From an uncultured Clostridia bacterium (GTDB lineage Bacteria > Bacillota > Clostridia > Christensenellales > UBA1242): a stretch of DNA of 38,638 bases. Where the stretch lies: the NCBI GenBank assembly GCA_937914725.1, contig CALDMJ010000078.1:1-38638 (forward strand). The letters run 5' to 3'. The notes under the pieces are model-generated. The model did no database searches. It had not been told where the DNA came from and was given only the letters and a program-made list of their open reading frames with translations. The position numbers were made by a program, and so were the translations under genes. Shown one piece after another: positions 9,545 to 18,732 of this stretch. How positions within the stretch are numbered: position 1 is the first letter of the stretch; each line of letters opens with the position of its first letter.

Positions 9545-9907
9545 TGACAAAAAACAAGACCGGATAAAATGCAAATGATTTGTAGGGATTGCACCTGCAG
9601 CCGTGGGCTATCCCATCGAACAGATATATAATTATATAATATAGAATGCACTTATGTGCGCCGTCCGCACAAATCAGTTGGGCGTAGGGATTACACCTGC
9701 AGCCGTGGGCTATCCCATCGAGCATACAAATAACATAGAATGCACTTATGTGCGCCGTCCGCACAAATCAGTTGGGCGTAGGAATAGTACTTACAGCCGT
9801 GGGCTATCCCACCGAGCAGATATATAATATAGAATGCAGATAAATATGCCGCCCCAAGAATTGTTTGCTTGTAAAGATAGTATCTGCAACGGTGGCTTGC
9901 GCCCCAC
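9545..9907 (-). repeat. Array 1 of the structured ~94-nt repeat family (4 units, minus orientation)
   Basis: On the plus strand, units begin at 9641, 9735 and 9829, a period of 94 nt. Each reads ATAGAATGCA..GCGCCGTCCGCAC..GCGTAGGGAT..CTGCAGCCGTGGGCTATCCC..CGAG. Units 2 and 3 are identical over about their first 48 nt. The first unit (9545-9623) is degenerate at one end and the last abuts the stop codon at 9908. Confidence 0.85.
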
Positions 9908-11032
9908 TTATAAAAAGTCGTCAAGGTTATTGAAATTAACGTCAGCAGGGTCATAATTACGGTGGTGAATTGCGACAGGATTGACTTTTTTGTACGTCGA
10001 AAAATCCCTGTACCTACCAGCTACTACGTCGTCATAATGTGCGACTAGCCAATCTATATCAAGGTTCATACTGTTTTGCAAAAAAGCACTTTCTCGCACC
10101 GCTTTATATAGCAAATCGAGGTTTATATTGTTACTATCAATCATTAAGTTAGGATTTTTTAGTGGTTTATTCAGTTTTTGAGAGAGAAATTGAGCGAGCG
10201 GAACGCGCGCCGTTTCGTTAGGCGGCGGAATCGCCGCCGTTTGCGAAACATTTTCCTCTTTCTCTCCTATAACTTTTATTTCACTTTCTTTTTTTATTTG
10301 ACTTTTTCTTTCTTCTTTTCTTTCTCTTTGTTTCAAAATGACGTCATTTTGCCCCAAAATGTCGTCCGTTTGCCCCAAAATGTCGTCGGTTTGAGCCAAA
10401 TTGACGTCATTTTGAATTTTGGACGCCATTTTCTCCCCGTTTTGCGAGGTAGTGACTTTGCTCTTATGTGTCGATTTGTTGTTTTGTTTACCATAATTTT
10501 GGATGCACTTCTCATTTTTTTCACGTTTGAGTACTCCACTGCTATAGTTCTGCTGCAAAATAACGTGTTCAACGGCCGCAGGACCTTGTGCATTTGCTGT
10601 TTCGTCTGCTACAGAATTTGCGTATTCGACGGCAATGGATTTGCGTTCGTCCAACAACTCGGGGTAAACATATTGCGGCGCGTGCCAAGGGTTTATTCGC
10701 TTTTGCGTGATTTGCTTGTAATCCTTTTGGATCTCGCGACTTGTCAAAACGTGATGTTTTTCGTACATATCTTTGTCAAAAATACCGTTGTCGAGGCAGT
10801 ACTGCACACAGTTTTCGATGAGTTGTTCATCCTTTTCGTATATGTCGAGCGTGAACAGCGCTTGCTTGCGGGCGTTCCACTCGAGATAGTAGCCGTTTTC
10901 CATTGCCATTTTGTTGAACAACAGTTGCAGACAACCATACCCTGCAAGCCCTAATTTGCCTATCATTAATTTGGTGTCGTCGTCGAAGTAGCACACGAGC
11001 GGTCTATAGTCTATTCCTTTTTTGATGTTCAT
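9908..11032 (-). CDS. DUF4373 (Lin1244/Lin1753-like N-terminal domain) protein, phage replisome-organizer-like
   Basis: The N-terminus GIDYRPL..YFDDDTKL..GYGCLQLLFNKMAMENGYYLEW..VLTSREIQKDY matches the DUF4373 pattern as I recall it. A central Lys/Glu-rich linker carries the QTDDILG repeats. I chose the ATG at 11032 (AAAGGGA upstream) rather than the ORF-track start at 11053. Confidence 0.75.
   Translation of the reverse strand: MNIKKGIDYRPLVCYFDDDTKLMIGKLGLAGYGCLQLLFNKMAMENGYYLEWNARKQALFTLDIYEKDEQLIENCVQYCLDNGIFDKDMYEKHHVLTSREIQKDYKQITQKRINPWHAPQYVYPELLDERKSIAVEYANSVADETANAQGPAAVEHVILQQNYSSGVLKREKNEKCIQNYGKQNNKSTHKSKVTTSQNGEKMASKIQNDVNLAQTDDILGQTDDILGQNDVILKQRERKEERKSQIKKESEIKVIGEKEENVSQTAAIPPPNETARVPLAQFLSQKLNKPLKNPNLMIDSNNINLDLLYKAVRESAFLQNSMNLDIDWLVAHYDDVVAGRYRDFSTYKKVNPVAIHHRNYDPADVNFNNLDDFL
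10331..10414. repeat. Four tandem 21-bp direct repeats (iteron-like) inside the DUF4373 ORF
   Basis: The four copies are TTTCAAAATGACGTCATTTTG (10331-10351), CCCCAAAATGTCGTCCGTTTG (10352-10372), CCCCAAAATGTCGTCGGTTTG (10373-10393) and AGCCAAATTGACGTCATTTTG (10394-10414). A partial inverted copy lies at about 10419-10433. Copies 1 and 4 contain the palindrome TGACGTCA. Confidence 0.85.
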
Positions 11033-11052
11033 AATGTTTTCCCTTTGTAACA

Positions 11053-11061
11053 ATTATAGCA
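11053..11061 (-). promoter_or_regulatory. Extended -10 element (TGCTATAAT) upstream of the DUF4373 gene
   Basis: The minus strand reads TGC-TATAAT, about 20 nt upstream of the ATG at 11032. I found no convincing -35 box. Confidence 0.4.
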
Positions 11062-11088
11062 CACTTTTTCGACAACTCGCCCAAAAAT

Positions 11089-11375
11089 CTCGGCGGGGAT
11101 AGCCCCGCGGCTACAGGTACTGTCCCTACACGCAAGCCATCTTCGCAGACGGCGTAGTTTATTCTTTTTATGAATTGTATATCCTCGGCGGGGATAGCCC
11201 ACGTCTGCGGGTACTATCACTACAAGTCATATACATTTTTGGGCGGCGAAGTTGTTTTATTCTATATTATTTGTATTCTCGGTGGGATAGCCCCGCGGCT
11301 ACAGGCACTGTCCCTACCACCTAAGACATTCACGCGGACGGCGTTTATTTATGCCCCCCCCTATAATTGTTACCC
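11089..11375 (+). repeat. Array 2 of the repeat family (3 units, plus orientation)
   Basis: CTCGG unit heads lie at 11089, 11184 and 11278, giving periods of 95 and 94 nt. Each unit reads CTCGG-GGGGATAGCCCC-GCGGCTACAGGTACTGTCCCTAC-variable-GACGGCG-T-rich. The array is inverted relative to array 1. Confidence 0.85.
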
Positions 11376-11552
11376 CTTTAAACCACCTATTCTATAATAA
11401 ATCACATTTTTAAGTTTTATTTTCAAAAACAGTCACACTAATTACTTACTTTTATCCAATATCTCTTGTTTTATTGGAGTAAGCGGAGAAAATCGGGCGT
11501 TTTTTGTTCCGCAGTATTTTGCTGCGCCGCGCAATTGTTGCAAATTTTCCGC

Positions 11553-11580
11553 TTGCTTTTTGCGCAAAAAATGGTATAAT
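11553..11580 (+). promoter_or_regulatory. Sigma-A promoter with extended -10 for yqeY
   Basis: TTGCTT (11553-11558), a 16-nt spacer, and TGG-TATAAT (11572-11580), located 31 nt upstream of the ATG at 11612. Confidence 0.6.
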
Positions 11581-11611
11581 ATGTTCATAATTGATTATAA
11601 GGAGAACTATT

Positions 11612-12037
11612 ATGTTATTAGACGAAATCAAAAAAGCAAGTATGCAAGCACTAAAGGAGCGCGACAAGGTCGCGCGCGCGATTTATGACGTTGTCATCAA
11701 TAAGTGTCAACTTACGCTTGTCGAAAAGCGCGCTAAGGGCGAAGAACTTGTTGACACGGATGTTTTGCAAATTATGCAAAAAGTCGCAAAGGAACTTGCG
11801 GAAGAAAAAGAAAACTATTTGAAAGTTGGGAACACGGACGAAGTCGCTAACATCGAAAGACAGCAAGCAATTGTTGCGTCGTACCTACCGCAAATGATGA
11901 GCGAGCAAGAAATTGTGGCGGAGATTGAAAAACTTGACGACAAGTCGATTGGCTCGGTTATGCGCCACTTCAAGCAAAACTTTGCGGGCAAGTGCGATAT
12001 GGCGCTTGTTCAGCGTCTTGCAAACCCACGCAAGTAA
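11612..12037 (+). CDS. yqeY: GatB/YqeY domain protein
   Basis: 141-aa product MLLDEIKKASMQALKERDKVAR...YLPQMMSEQEI is typical of YqeY. AAGGAGAA lies 7 nt upstream of this ATG. Confidence 0.85.
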   Translation: MLLDEIKKASMQALKERDKVARAIYDVVINKCQLTLVEKRAKGEELVDTDVLQIMQKVAKELAEEKENYLKVGNTDEVANIERQQAIVASYLPQMMSEQEIVAEIEKLDDKSIGSVMRHFKQNFAGKCDMALVQRLANPRK

Positions 12038-12061
12038 TACAAAACACAAAGGATAAATATT

Positions 12062-13108
12062 ATGGATTTTGCATCAATATTCAACAATTTTTGGTCAACC
12101 ACTGGCGTGACCTTGATAAAAACATTCGCGATAATCGTTTTGGGGCTACTGCTCATCAAAATTATTATGCGATACGTCAAAAAAGTGTTTATGGCGTCGC
12201 AAATGGAGGCGGGCTTAAGTTCTTTTCTATTGTCCGTCATTCGCGCCGTGCTATATGTTTTGCTGATTTTTCTCATTTTCTCGACGCTTGGCGTCTCGAT
12301 GGGCGCATTCATTGCCGCATTATCTGCTGCAGGCTTAGCAGTCGCTCTTGCACTGCAAGACAGTTTGAGCAACCTCGCCTCAGGCATTCTCATTTTGGTA
12401 AACAAACCATTTGTTGAGGGCGACTACATCCGCGTTGGCTCAGATGAAGGCACGGTGAAGTCAGTGCGCATTTTCACGACACAAATTGAGAGTTATGACA
12501 AAAAAATTATAACTATTCCAAACAAATCAGTCATCAACAGCAATGTTGTCAACTACACTTCAAGCCCAACTCGCCGCGTGACAATCTTGTTTTGCGTACC
12601 ATATAATGCGGACATTGATTACATTAAAAAAGTTATTTTCGAGGAATTTAAAACCTGCAAATACGCAATCAAGTCGCCCGAAATGTTCGTCGGCATTGAA
12701 AACTACGATGAACACGGCGTTCAAATGACTTTAAAAATTTGGAGCAAAGCAGAAGATTATTGGGGACTATACTACCTCGCGTATGAAAAACTTACGCGCG
12801 CACTTAATGAGGCGGGCATTACAATCACAAACGACCACTCTATCATCAATATTTCGGACACTGAACGCAAATTGAAAGAAAACGAAACGCGCAAAGCAAT
12901 TTTTGAGAGCAAACTGAAAGCACAAAAAGAAAACAACGAAAAAGCCGCAAAAACAAAGCAAATTGAAAAACAAGCGGAAGAAGTAGAAAAAACGCAAAAT
13001 TTTGAAACAAAAATTACTACAGTAGAAGAAAACGCTGATATTTTAGAAGAAAAACCAAAGAAAAAACGTAAATTTTTGTGGGGGCGTAAAAATGATGAAG
13101 AAAATTAA
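12062..13108 (+). CDS. mscS: Small-conductance mechanosensitive channel (MscS family)
   Basis: 348-aa ORF with three N-terminal TM helices followed by LQDSLSNLASGILILVNKPFVEGDYI..GTVKSV..IPN, the MscS pore and beta domain. It has a Lys/Glu-rich C-terminal extension. Confidence 0.85.
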   Translation: MDFASIFNNFWSTTGVTLIKTFAIIVLGLLLIKIIMRYVKKVFMASQMEAGLSSFLLSVIRAVLYVLLIFLIFSTLGVSMGAFIAALSAAGLAVALALQDSLSNLASGILILVNKPFVEGDYIRVGSDEGTVKSVRIFTTQIESYDKKIITIPNKSVINSNVVNYTSSPTRRVTILFCVPYNADIDYIKKVIFEEFKTCKYAIKSPEMFVGIENYDEHGVQMTLKIWSKAEDYWGLYYLAYEKLTRALNEAGITITNDHSIINISDTERKLKENETRKAIFESKLKAQKENNEKAAKTKQIEKQAEEVEKTQNFETKITTVEENADILEEKPKKKRKFLWGRKNDEEN

Positions 13109-14834
13109 TCAAAAAAATGCTACAACCCGCAATTTTGCTGCGTTTTTGGCAAAAAACGCTAAATTGTGGCTAAACTTTATTTTAGCACTTGCACTTTTGG
13201 CACTACTTATGCCAATTTGCGCACTATCCTGCACAAAATCAATACCAAAGCCGCAAATTTTGAGCGCATACGCGCAAGATTCGACAATTACATCTGAGGA
13301 ATTTCCAGCGGAAAACTTTACTGCATTTACCACGCAAACAATAAATTTCAAAATTTACTCGCAATATGAAATTGAATGCACAAATAATGACGGGCTAACA
13401 CTAAATACTACAACAATTTCAACTGATTACTATCTTGTATCTGTCACAAGTGCAAAGCCAATCACGTCACAAATAATTGTCAAAAACAAGTTTGGTGGCG
13501 TGGCATTTGCAAACTTTAGTTTTGTCGCATATAAAATAAACACAATAAAATTAATTCCATATCAAGCAAAATTCAATGCAACGGGCGACAACTATTTGCA
13601 AGTTTGCTACAATGACAATCCTCAACTCATATATAGCGGCATCATTATTAGCGAACTCGAAAAAGGCAGCGCGACGATCGAAGATTTAAACCCAAGCCAT
13701 ATCACTAAATCAATTAATCCGCATATGATTGTACTCAATTTTGAAAATGTTGATTACACCCAATACATCGGCGCAAAATTTGTTGTCGCTTCAAAAAATG
13801 ACAGAGCAAGCGTTGATTTAGAAATTGAAAATTTACCATTTACAAACACATTTACATTGCAAGAGTCGACACTTGACTACTTTGCAAGCAGCAAACTGAT
13901 TACTGTAAATGTGTTGGTGGATGCAAACAGTTTTGCGACTTTTTCGCTTGCCTCAAACTCTTTTGCACAATTTGCAAACATTGAGAAAGTTGCGTCGGGC
14001 GAAAGTTTTGACACCTATGCCCTATCAATTGACATTTCAAGCCTTAGTGCGTCGACCGAAATTATGATTTCCGCACTAACTGCAAGCGGCAGCATTGAAC
14101 GCGCTTTGAGACTCAATCCTATTAGCACAATTTCAAAAATTGTAATTTCTGCAAGCAAAACTTCGCTAAAATCGGGCGAAAAAGTTACTTTTACCGCAAT
14201 TTTGAACGATGATGACACGCTTTCAAGCGAAATTGACTGGTATGTCAACGACCAAAAGGTCGAAACAGGCACACAATTTGGATATACGCGCAAACAAGGC
14301 GGTGCGTTCACCGTCTATGCAAAAGTCGGCGAAACGCAAAGCAACAGCGTTTCACTCAATGTCTCGTACAATAACTCGGACCTCATCATTTGGTATATTG
14401 TTTTTGCAATTGCACTTGTAATTTTAATCGGGCTTATCATTTTTAAAAGAAAAAAGAAAACTTTTATTTCTTCAATGTCGCTGACTGACCGCGCGCGAAA
14501 ATTCATCCCACGCTACAAAACATACATCAACAAGTACACTCGTCACCAATTCTTTGACCTTGTGTACGACATTGCAAATTTGCGCGAAGATGTAATGTTT
14601 AATTTTGACGAAACGAAAGATTTGTGCTTCGAAAAAGCTAGCCGCGAACTTGCGGACGCCCACAAGATTGTTCGCACAATCTACAAAGCGCCAAAAGAAG
14701 AAAAAAAGGCGCTGCTTGAAAGCAATCTTTCTTCTTTCGAATCAATTATGAATTCAGTAATTGACGACTTAGACGACTATGCGCAAAAACATCCTGATCA
14801 AGCAATCTTCAAGCGAAAAAATAAAATAAAATAA
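13092..14834 (+). CDS. Hypothetical surface/membrane protein (N-terminal signal or lipobox-like, C-terminal TM anchor)
   Basis: 580-aa ORF. It has an N-terminal hydrophobic segment ending ALSC. A long Ser/Thr/Asn-rich ectodomain is followed by a TM helix (IIWYIVFAIALVILIGLIIF) and a KRKKK stop-transfer signal, then a cytoplasmic tail of about 120 aa. It overlaps the mscS end by 17 nt. Confidence 0.6.
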   Translation: MMKKINQKNATTRNFAAFLAKNAKLWLNFILALALLALLMPICALSCTKSIPKPQILSAYAQDSTITSEEFPAENFTAFTTQTINFKIYSQYEIECTNNDGLTLNTTTISTDYYLVSVTSAKPITSQIIVKNKFGGVAFANFSFVAYKINTIKLIPYQAKFNATGDNYLQVCYNDNPQLIYSGIIISELEKGSATIEDLNPSHITKSINPHMIVLNFENVDYTQYIGAKFVVASKNDRASVDLEIENLPFTNTFTLQESTLDYFASSKLITVNVLVDANSFATFSLASNSFAQFANIEKVASGESFDTYALSIDISSLSASTEIMISALTASGSIERALRLNPISTISKIVISASKTSLKSGEKVTFTAILNDDDTLSSEIDWYVNDQKVETGTQFGYTRKQGGAFTVYAKVGETQSNSVSLNVSYNNSDLIIWYIVFAIALVILIGLIIFKRKKKTFISSMSLTDRARKFIPRYKTYINKYTRHQFFDLVYDIANLREDVMFNFDETKDLCFEKASRELADAHKIVRTIYKAPKEEKKALLESNLSSFESIMNSVIDDLDDYAQKHPDQAIFKRKNKIK

Positions 14835-14847
14835 AATAAAATAAAAT
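14818..14847. repeat. (AAAAT)x6 pentanucleotide microsatellite
   Basis: Six perfect AAAAT units counted by hand. The stop codon of the 580-aa ORF (14832-14834) lies inside the tract. Confidence 0.9.
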
Positions 14848-15016
14848 AATGATGTGTAATTGAATTTATAAATCAAATAGTTTTTAATTGCATTATTCAA
14901 TCTACTTAATTGAAACAAATTTGTATTAACAAATAAAAAAAATAATCTATTTATTAGATATAAATAGATTATTTTAATAATCACAAACGTTTTATTATTA
15001 ATAAAATGAATGCAAA

Positions 15017-15060
15017 AAAAATAGGAAAAATCGCAAAATTGTGCGGTTTTTCCTATTTTT
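15017..15060. terminator. Bidirectional terminator hairpin between convergent genes
   Basis: AAAATAGGAAAAATCGCA / TGCGGTTTTTCCTATTTT forms a long inverted repeat with A/T runs on both sides. Confidence 0.6.
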
Positions 15061-15086
15061 CTGTTTACAATTTCTTTATTTATTGT

Positions 15087-15509
15087 TTAGCGCTTGAATA
15101 TACCTATAAGCAATGCAAGAATTCCCCAAACGCCAATTAGTGCGTAAAGTGCAGTAAGGACAATTCCCCAAATGTTGGTCATTTCCATTTCGACAACGCC
15201 CGTGTTCAAACTAATTGTGAAAAAGTTGTCAACCTTGAATAATGCCACGCCCGTGTCAATATCAAAATCTTTTGTTGCTCCAACATAAATCTTTTTATCC
15301 TTGATTTTGTAGTACCAATCTCCCGTATCATATCCAGCAATATCTGTTTTTATTTTGCCGTCAAACGACATTTCAACACTATACTTTACTTCCGCTCCTG
15401 CAATTGTTGATGAACCGCTGTAACTCCCGAATGGGTAGATATAAAACGGGAAAGCAAATGTTATTGTCAATAACGCTGCACTCAGCAAAATTCTAATTAA
15501 ACCTTTCAT
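15087..15509 (-). CDS. Small hypothetical membrane protein
   Basis: 140-aa ORF with an N-terminal signal/TM helix, a C-terminal TM helix and a strong RBS (AAGGAGAGGTGA). Confidence 0.6.
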   Translation of the reverse strand: MKGLIRILLSAALLTITFAFPFYIYPFGSYSGSSTIAGAEVKYSVEMSFDGKIKTDIAGYDTGDWYYKIKDKKIYVGATKDFDIDTGVALFKVDNFFTISLNTGVVEMEMTNIWGIVLTALYALIGVWGILALLIGIFKR

Positions 15510-15745
15510 ATTTCTTCACCTCTCCTTATATTCTAACAATTTTCGCAAATTTTGTCAATATTTTGCGCCAATTTTGCAAGACATATCGTAAATTAGTTCC
15601 CTTATAAAAATAGTTATTATTAAAATAACAATCAACAAACAATTGCTAAAATTAAATATACTGTGCCTGATAATTCCTTTAATTAGATGTTATAAAGAAA
15701 AGTTCAACTTCAATTGCTGAAAAGAATTAATAATACTATTCTGTA

Positions 15746-16012
15746 TTATTTGTTCAAGTCGTTCTCACTCGCTACAAATTGAAACGCAGGCAATTCTTTT
15801 AACTCGCGCGAATGTGCATAACTCATTCCCGAGACGTTTGAAATAATCTTTAATTTTAAATCAACCAGAACACGAAACGTACAATCGTCATCATCCTCGA
15901 TACCACTTGTCAAACTCCACCTAAAACCCTCGCCCTTTGCCTGCGTCAAAAATTGTTTGCGATTGTTTTCATTCAGCACAACAATGAATTGTTCATCATT
16001 AAAATCACACAA
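15746..16012 (-). CDS. Hypothetical small protein (TTG start)
   Basis: 88-aa ORF with GGAGGGGAG about 8-12 nt upstream of the TTG start. I recognised no motif. Confidence 0.35.
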   Translation of the reverse strand: MCDFNDEQFIVVLNENNRKQFLTQAKGEGFRWSLTSGIEDDDDCTFRVLVDLKLKIISNVSGMSYAHSRELKELPAFQFVASENDLNK

Positions 16013-16351
16013 AACCGTATCTCCCCTCCAATCTCATTCCATTGTTTGCAGTTGTTTGATATGCAATTCCAATTTCAGCTTTACACTATATTTTATCATT
16101 ATTCCCCACTTTTTTCAAGTGCTTTAACGTACAAAACGCTTTTTATTTCTTTTTGCGAGAAAGAAAGCAAAACCAAAAAATAATTTGTAAAAAGCAAAAA
16201 CATACAAACAACGCCAACAAAATGCGAGCGGAGGTTGTACATTGTTGTAGCATTGTGTGGTATGAAAATATCATAAATTGCACATCATAATTTGATAGCC
16301 CGACAATTGATAAATTGTTGGAATTTTCAAGAAAAAAATAAGGAGAAACAA

Positions 16352-18577
16352 ATGAATAAAATTAGTTATTTTATTGCGACAATTGTTTTGTCAGTGTGCC
16401 TCATCGGCTTTAGCGCGTGCGGCGGCAGCAACAAGGGCAAAACAATTCAAGGCGCGGAAGCGGTAGGTCTCAAGGTGTATTATCACGTCAGCGAAACTAT
16501 CGACTTTGCGTCAGTTAAAATCAAAGTCACCTATGACGACAAGTCAACGACGGAACTAACAAAAGGTGAAGTCGACATTGACTCTACAAACGCAAAGGCG
16601 GACACACAGTTTGTACTTGGCACAAACGGACTTTCCGCACAACAAGGCGGCAGCCTCACTGCGGGCGAATACAAAATCACGTGCCAAATTGTTGGCGACA
16701 AAACAAACGCCAAATACGAACTTATGACAGTAATTGTATCGACGGATATGTCGCTTGTCTACGATTTACAACTTTTTGAAGCCCCGCAATTTATTGATAC
16801 ATTTAATGAAAATAATCAATCATCCGCGACAAATGAAAGCAATTTTTATAAGACGACCGACTACTATGTTGGCGACGACAACGCGTTTGTGCTTAATCCA
16901 GTGCTCAAATTAATGAGCAAAAAGGACGCAAGTATTGCAACGGTTACTGATTTCAAGGCTAATGTTAAAGTCGAAATCAAGGGTGCGGACGCGTTCAGCG
17001 AAGTCACGGACGACACATACTTTGATTATGCTAACTTCAAGTTCAATTTCAAGGAAAGCGCAATCGGGCACAAATTTAGAATTACAATGACCCCAGCCGA
17101 ATTTGATGCTGACTTTGCGGGTAACCCAATTCAACCCGTTGTGTTTACGGTTGTAGTTGCGGACGGCTACAATGTTTACGACGCTGTTGACCTTGGTAGA
17201 ATCAACATTGTTTCGGACAATGTGAAAAATCAAATCACTGTGGACAGCAATTCGTGGAGTCGGGACGGCAATTCGTGGGGACGCACATTTTACACAAACA
17301 CACAAGAAAATACGCGCAAAAATATAAAATACAGCGACATTTGGTTGCCTTTCCTTGCTAGCGAGGGCAAAACCGATTTAGAACCCATCAACGGCGTTTT
17401 CCTTCACGGCAACATTAATGTGACACCTAACGACATTCCTAGCGAATACTTTATTGGCGAAGCGGAGGCTGCTGCAAACGGCGCAAGCAAATCGGCAGGT
17501 TCTTTGCGCGACTGCGCTGAACTTTACACACACTACCTTGAAAATGATTTTACTTTCAACGGAAACTTGTTCAAAATCGACTTCAGCGCTATCCCTTGGT
17601 GCCGCAACAATAAAGACTATGATCCGTTCTACTTCCCTGACGAAGGTGCAGACACACACGCGACACCGGGGCACGCAACTGCGTTTGTTATGGCAAACAA
17701 GTCGGATGAAAGCAACAACACAAAGGCGTACTTTATAAATGTTGAGGCAGTCGGCAACACTGCAAATGCATCACTCAGTGCAAAAGAAGGCGAGGACCTT
17801 TTGGCGGCTGGCGGACTTATTATGATAAAATCAATCACGTCAACAACTGTTGCTGAAAACAATATCGCAAAAGGTTGGATGATTGCGTGGTTTGCTGAAA
17901 TGACCGACAATATCAACTCTCTTGAAATGAATTATATCAAAACATATGACTGCTTCAACAGCGGAATTTACAACTACGGCAGCGAAAAGAACACACTCGC
18001 GAACTCCGAGTTCAAGCGCTTCGGCGGTCCAGTCATCCTTGCGACAAGCATCGCGACGGATTCAGGCGAAAAGCGCGATGGTGTCGGCTTTACGATTGAT
18101 AAAAATACAACTACGCTTGAAAGTTTCGTCAACGGCACGGAAGCGTGGTTTACAATTGTCAAAGCAAATACAATCGTGGCGCCATTCTTCGCGCTCGACC
18201 AATTGTTCAATGCGTACGGCAACACGGTTTTGCAAGCGCAAGAAGGTAAAAATTATATGAATATGATAGCAATTTGTCTTGACTCAGATACTGTTACGTC
18301 TACCGACCCAACATACGCAACTCTCGAATATGGCAACAATAAATACGCGCTCGACAAAGATGAAAACAACCCTATCAATCAAATTTGGACGCAAGCAAAA
18401 ACTGCCGTATTCCTCTCGAGTGGCGGACAAATCGCATATATGCCAAATGAAAAATCTATAACATTCATAAATGATGCAACAACCTTTACAGGTGACAACC
18501 TATTCATTGCCTACCCAATGAATGCAACGGCAACGGCAGGCGTCCTTGTCTCTCTCTACACAATCACCGCCGCTTAA
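16352..18577 (+). CDS. Large hypothetical lipoprotein
   Basis: The ATG at 16352 is preceded by AAGGAGAA. The signal peptide ends in the lipobox GFSAC. The mature protein of about 720 aa has no recognised catalytic motif. Confidence 0.7.
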   Translation: MNKISYFIATIVLSVCLIGFSACGGSNKGKTIQGAEAVGLKVYYHVSETIDFASVKIKVTYDDKSTTELTKGEVDIDSTNAKADTQFVLGTNGLSAQQGGSLTAGEYKITCQIVGDKTNAKYELMTVIVSTDMSLVYDLQLFEAPQFIDTFNENNQSSATNESNFYKTTDYYVGDDNAFVLNPVLKLMSKKDASIATVTDFKANVKVEIKGADAFSEVTDDTYFDYANFKFNFKESAIGHKFRITMTPAEFDADFAGNPIQPVVFTVVVADGYNVYDAVDLGRINIVSDNVKNQITVDSNSWSRDGNSWGRTFYTNTQENTRKNIKYSDIWLPFLASEGKTDLEPINGVFLHGNINVTPNDIPSEYFIGEAEAAANGASKSAGSLRDCAELYTHYLENDFTFNGNLFKIDFSAIPWCRNNKDYDPFYFPDEGADTHATPGHATAFVMANKSDESNNTKAYFINVEAVGNTANASLSAKEGEDLLAAGGLIMIKSITSTTVAENNIAKGWMIAWFAEMTDNINSLEMNYIKTYDCFNSGIYNYGSEKNTLANSEFKRFGGPVILATSIATDSGEKRDGVGFTIDKNTTTLESFVNGTEAWFTIVKANTIVAPFFALDQLFNAYGNTVLQAQEGKNYMNMIAICLDSDTVTSTDPTYATLEYGNNKYALDKDENNPINQIWTQAKTAVFLSSGGQIAYMPNEKSITFINDATTFTGDNLFIAYPMNATATAGVLVSLYTITAA

Positions 18578-18665
18578 TGCAAATTCACTTAGCAAAATAT
18601 GATAATCAATTTATTATAACTATACAATGGTTATTTAATTATCAAAGAAAACTTATTTGATTATG

Positions 18666-18722
18666 AAAAAACTCTTTAAATGAAGAACAAATCTAAATTC
18701 TTCATTCTAAAGAGTTTTTTTT
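18666..18722. terminator. Bidirectional terminator between convergent surface-protein genes
   Basis: AAAAAACTCTTTAAATGAAGAA / TTCTTCATTCTAAAGAGTTTTTTTT forms a long imperfect hairpin flanked by A and T runs. Confidence 0.65.
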
Positions 18723-18732
18723 ACGTATCCAT

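Noticed and set aside
9474-9954. ORFs 9474-9764 and 9691-9954, and similar ORFs at 11170-11397, 33538-33750, 33562-33921, 33891-34100, 38262-38564 and 38391-38594.
   Set aside because: They are translations of the repeat units (recurring GIAHGCRCNPY or GDSPAAAGTVPTRKLV peptides). They have no RBS and are open on both strands, so I treat them as non-coding.
10178-10954. 258-aa ORF antisense to the DUF4373 gene.
   Set aside because: Its translation is low-complexity and Phe/Leu-rich, there is no RBS, and it is fully embedded opposite a gene with a recognisable domain.
9545-11375. CRISPR arrays, because of regularly spaced repeats with hairpin potential.
   Set aside because: The period is 94-95 nt and nearly the whole unit is conserved, so there are no unique spacers. 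The copies are degenerate rather than identical. The arrays occur in both orientations and no cas genes are in the window.
9545-11375. A type III toxin-antitoxin (ToxI-like) tandem RNA antitoxin array.
   Set aside because: No ToxN/AbiQ-like endoribonuclease gene follows either array. yqeY, downstream of array 2, has its own consensus promoter. Known arrays use repeats of about 36 nt.
11452-11667. A 71-aa minus-strand ORF between array 2 and yqeY.
   Set aside because: It overlaps the yqeY promoter and start, and has no RBS or recognisable features.
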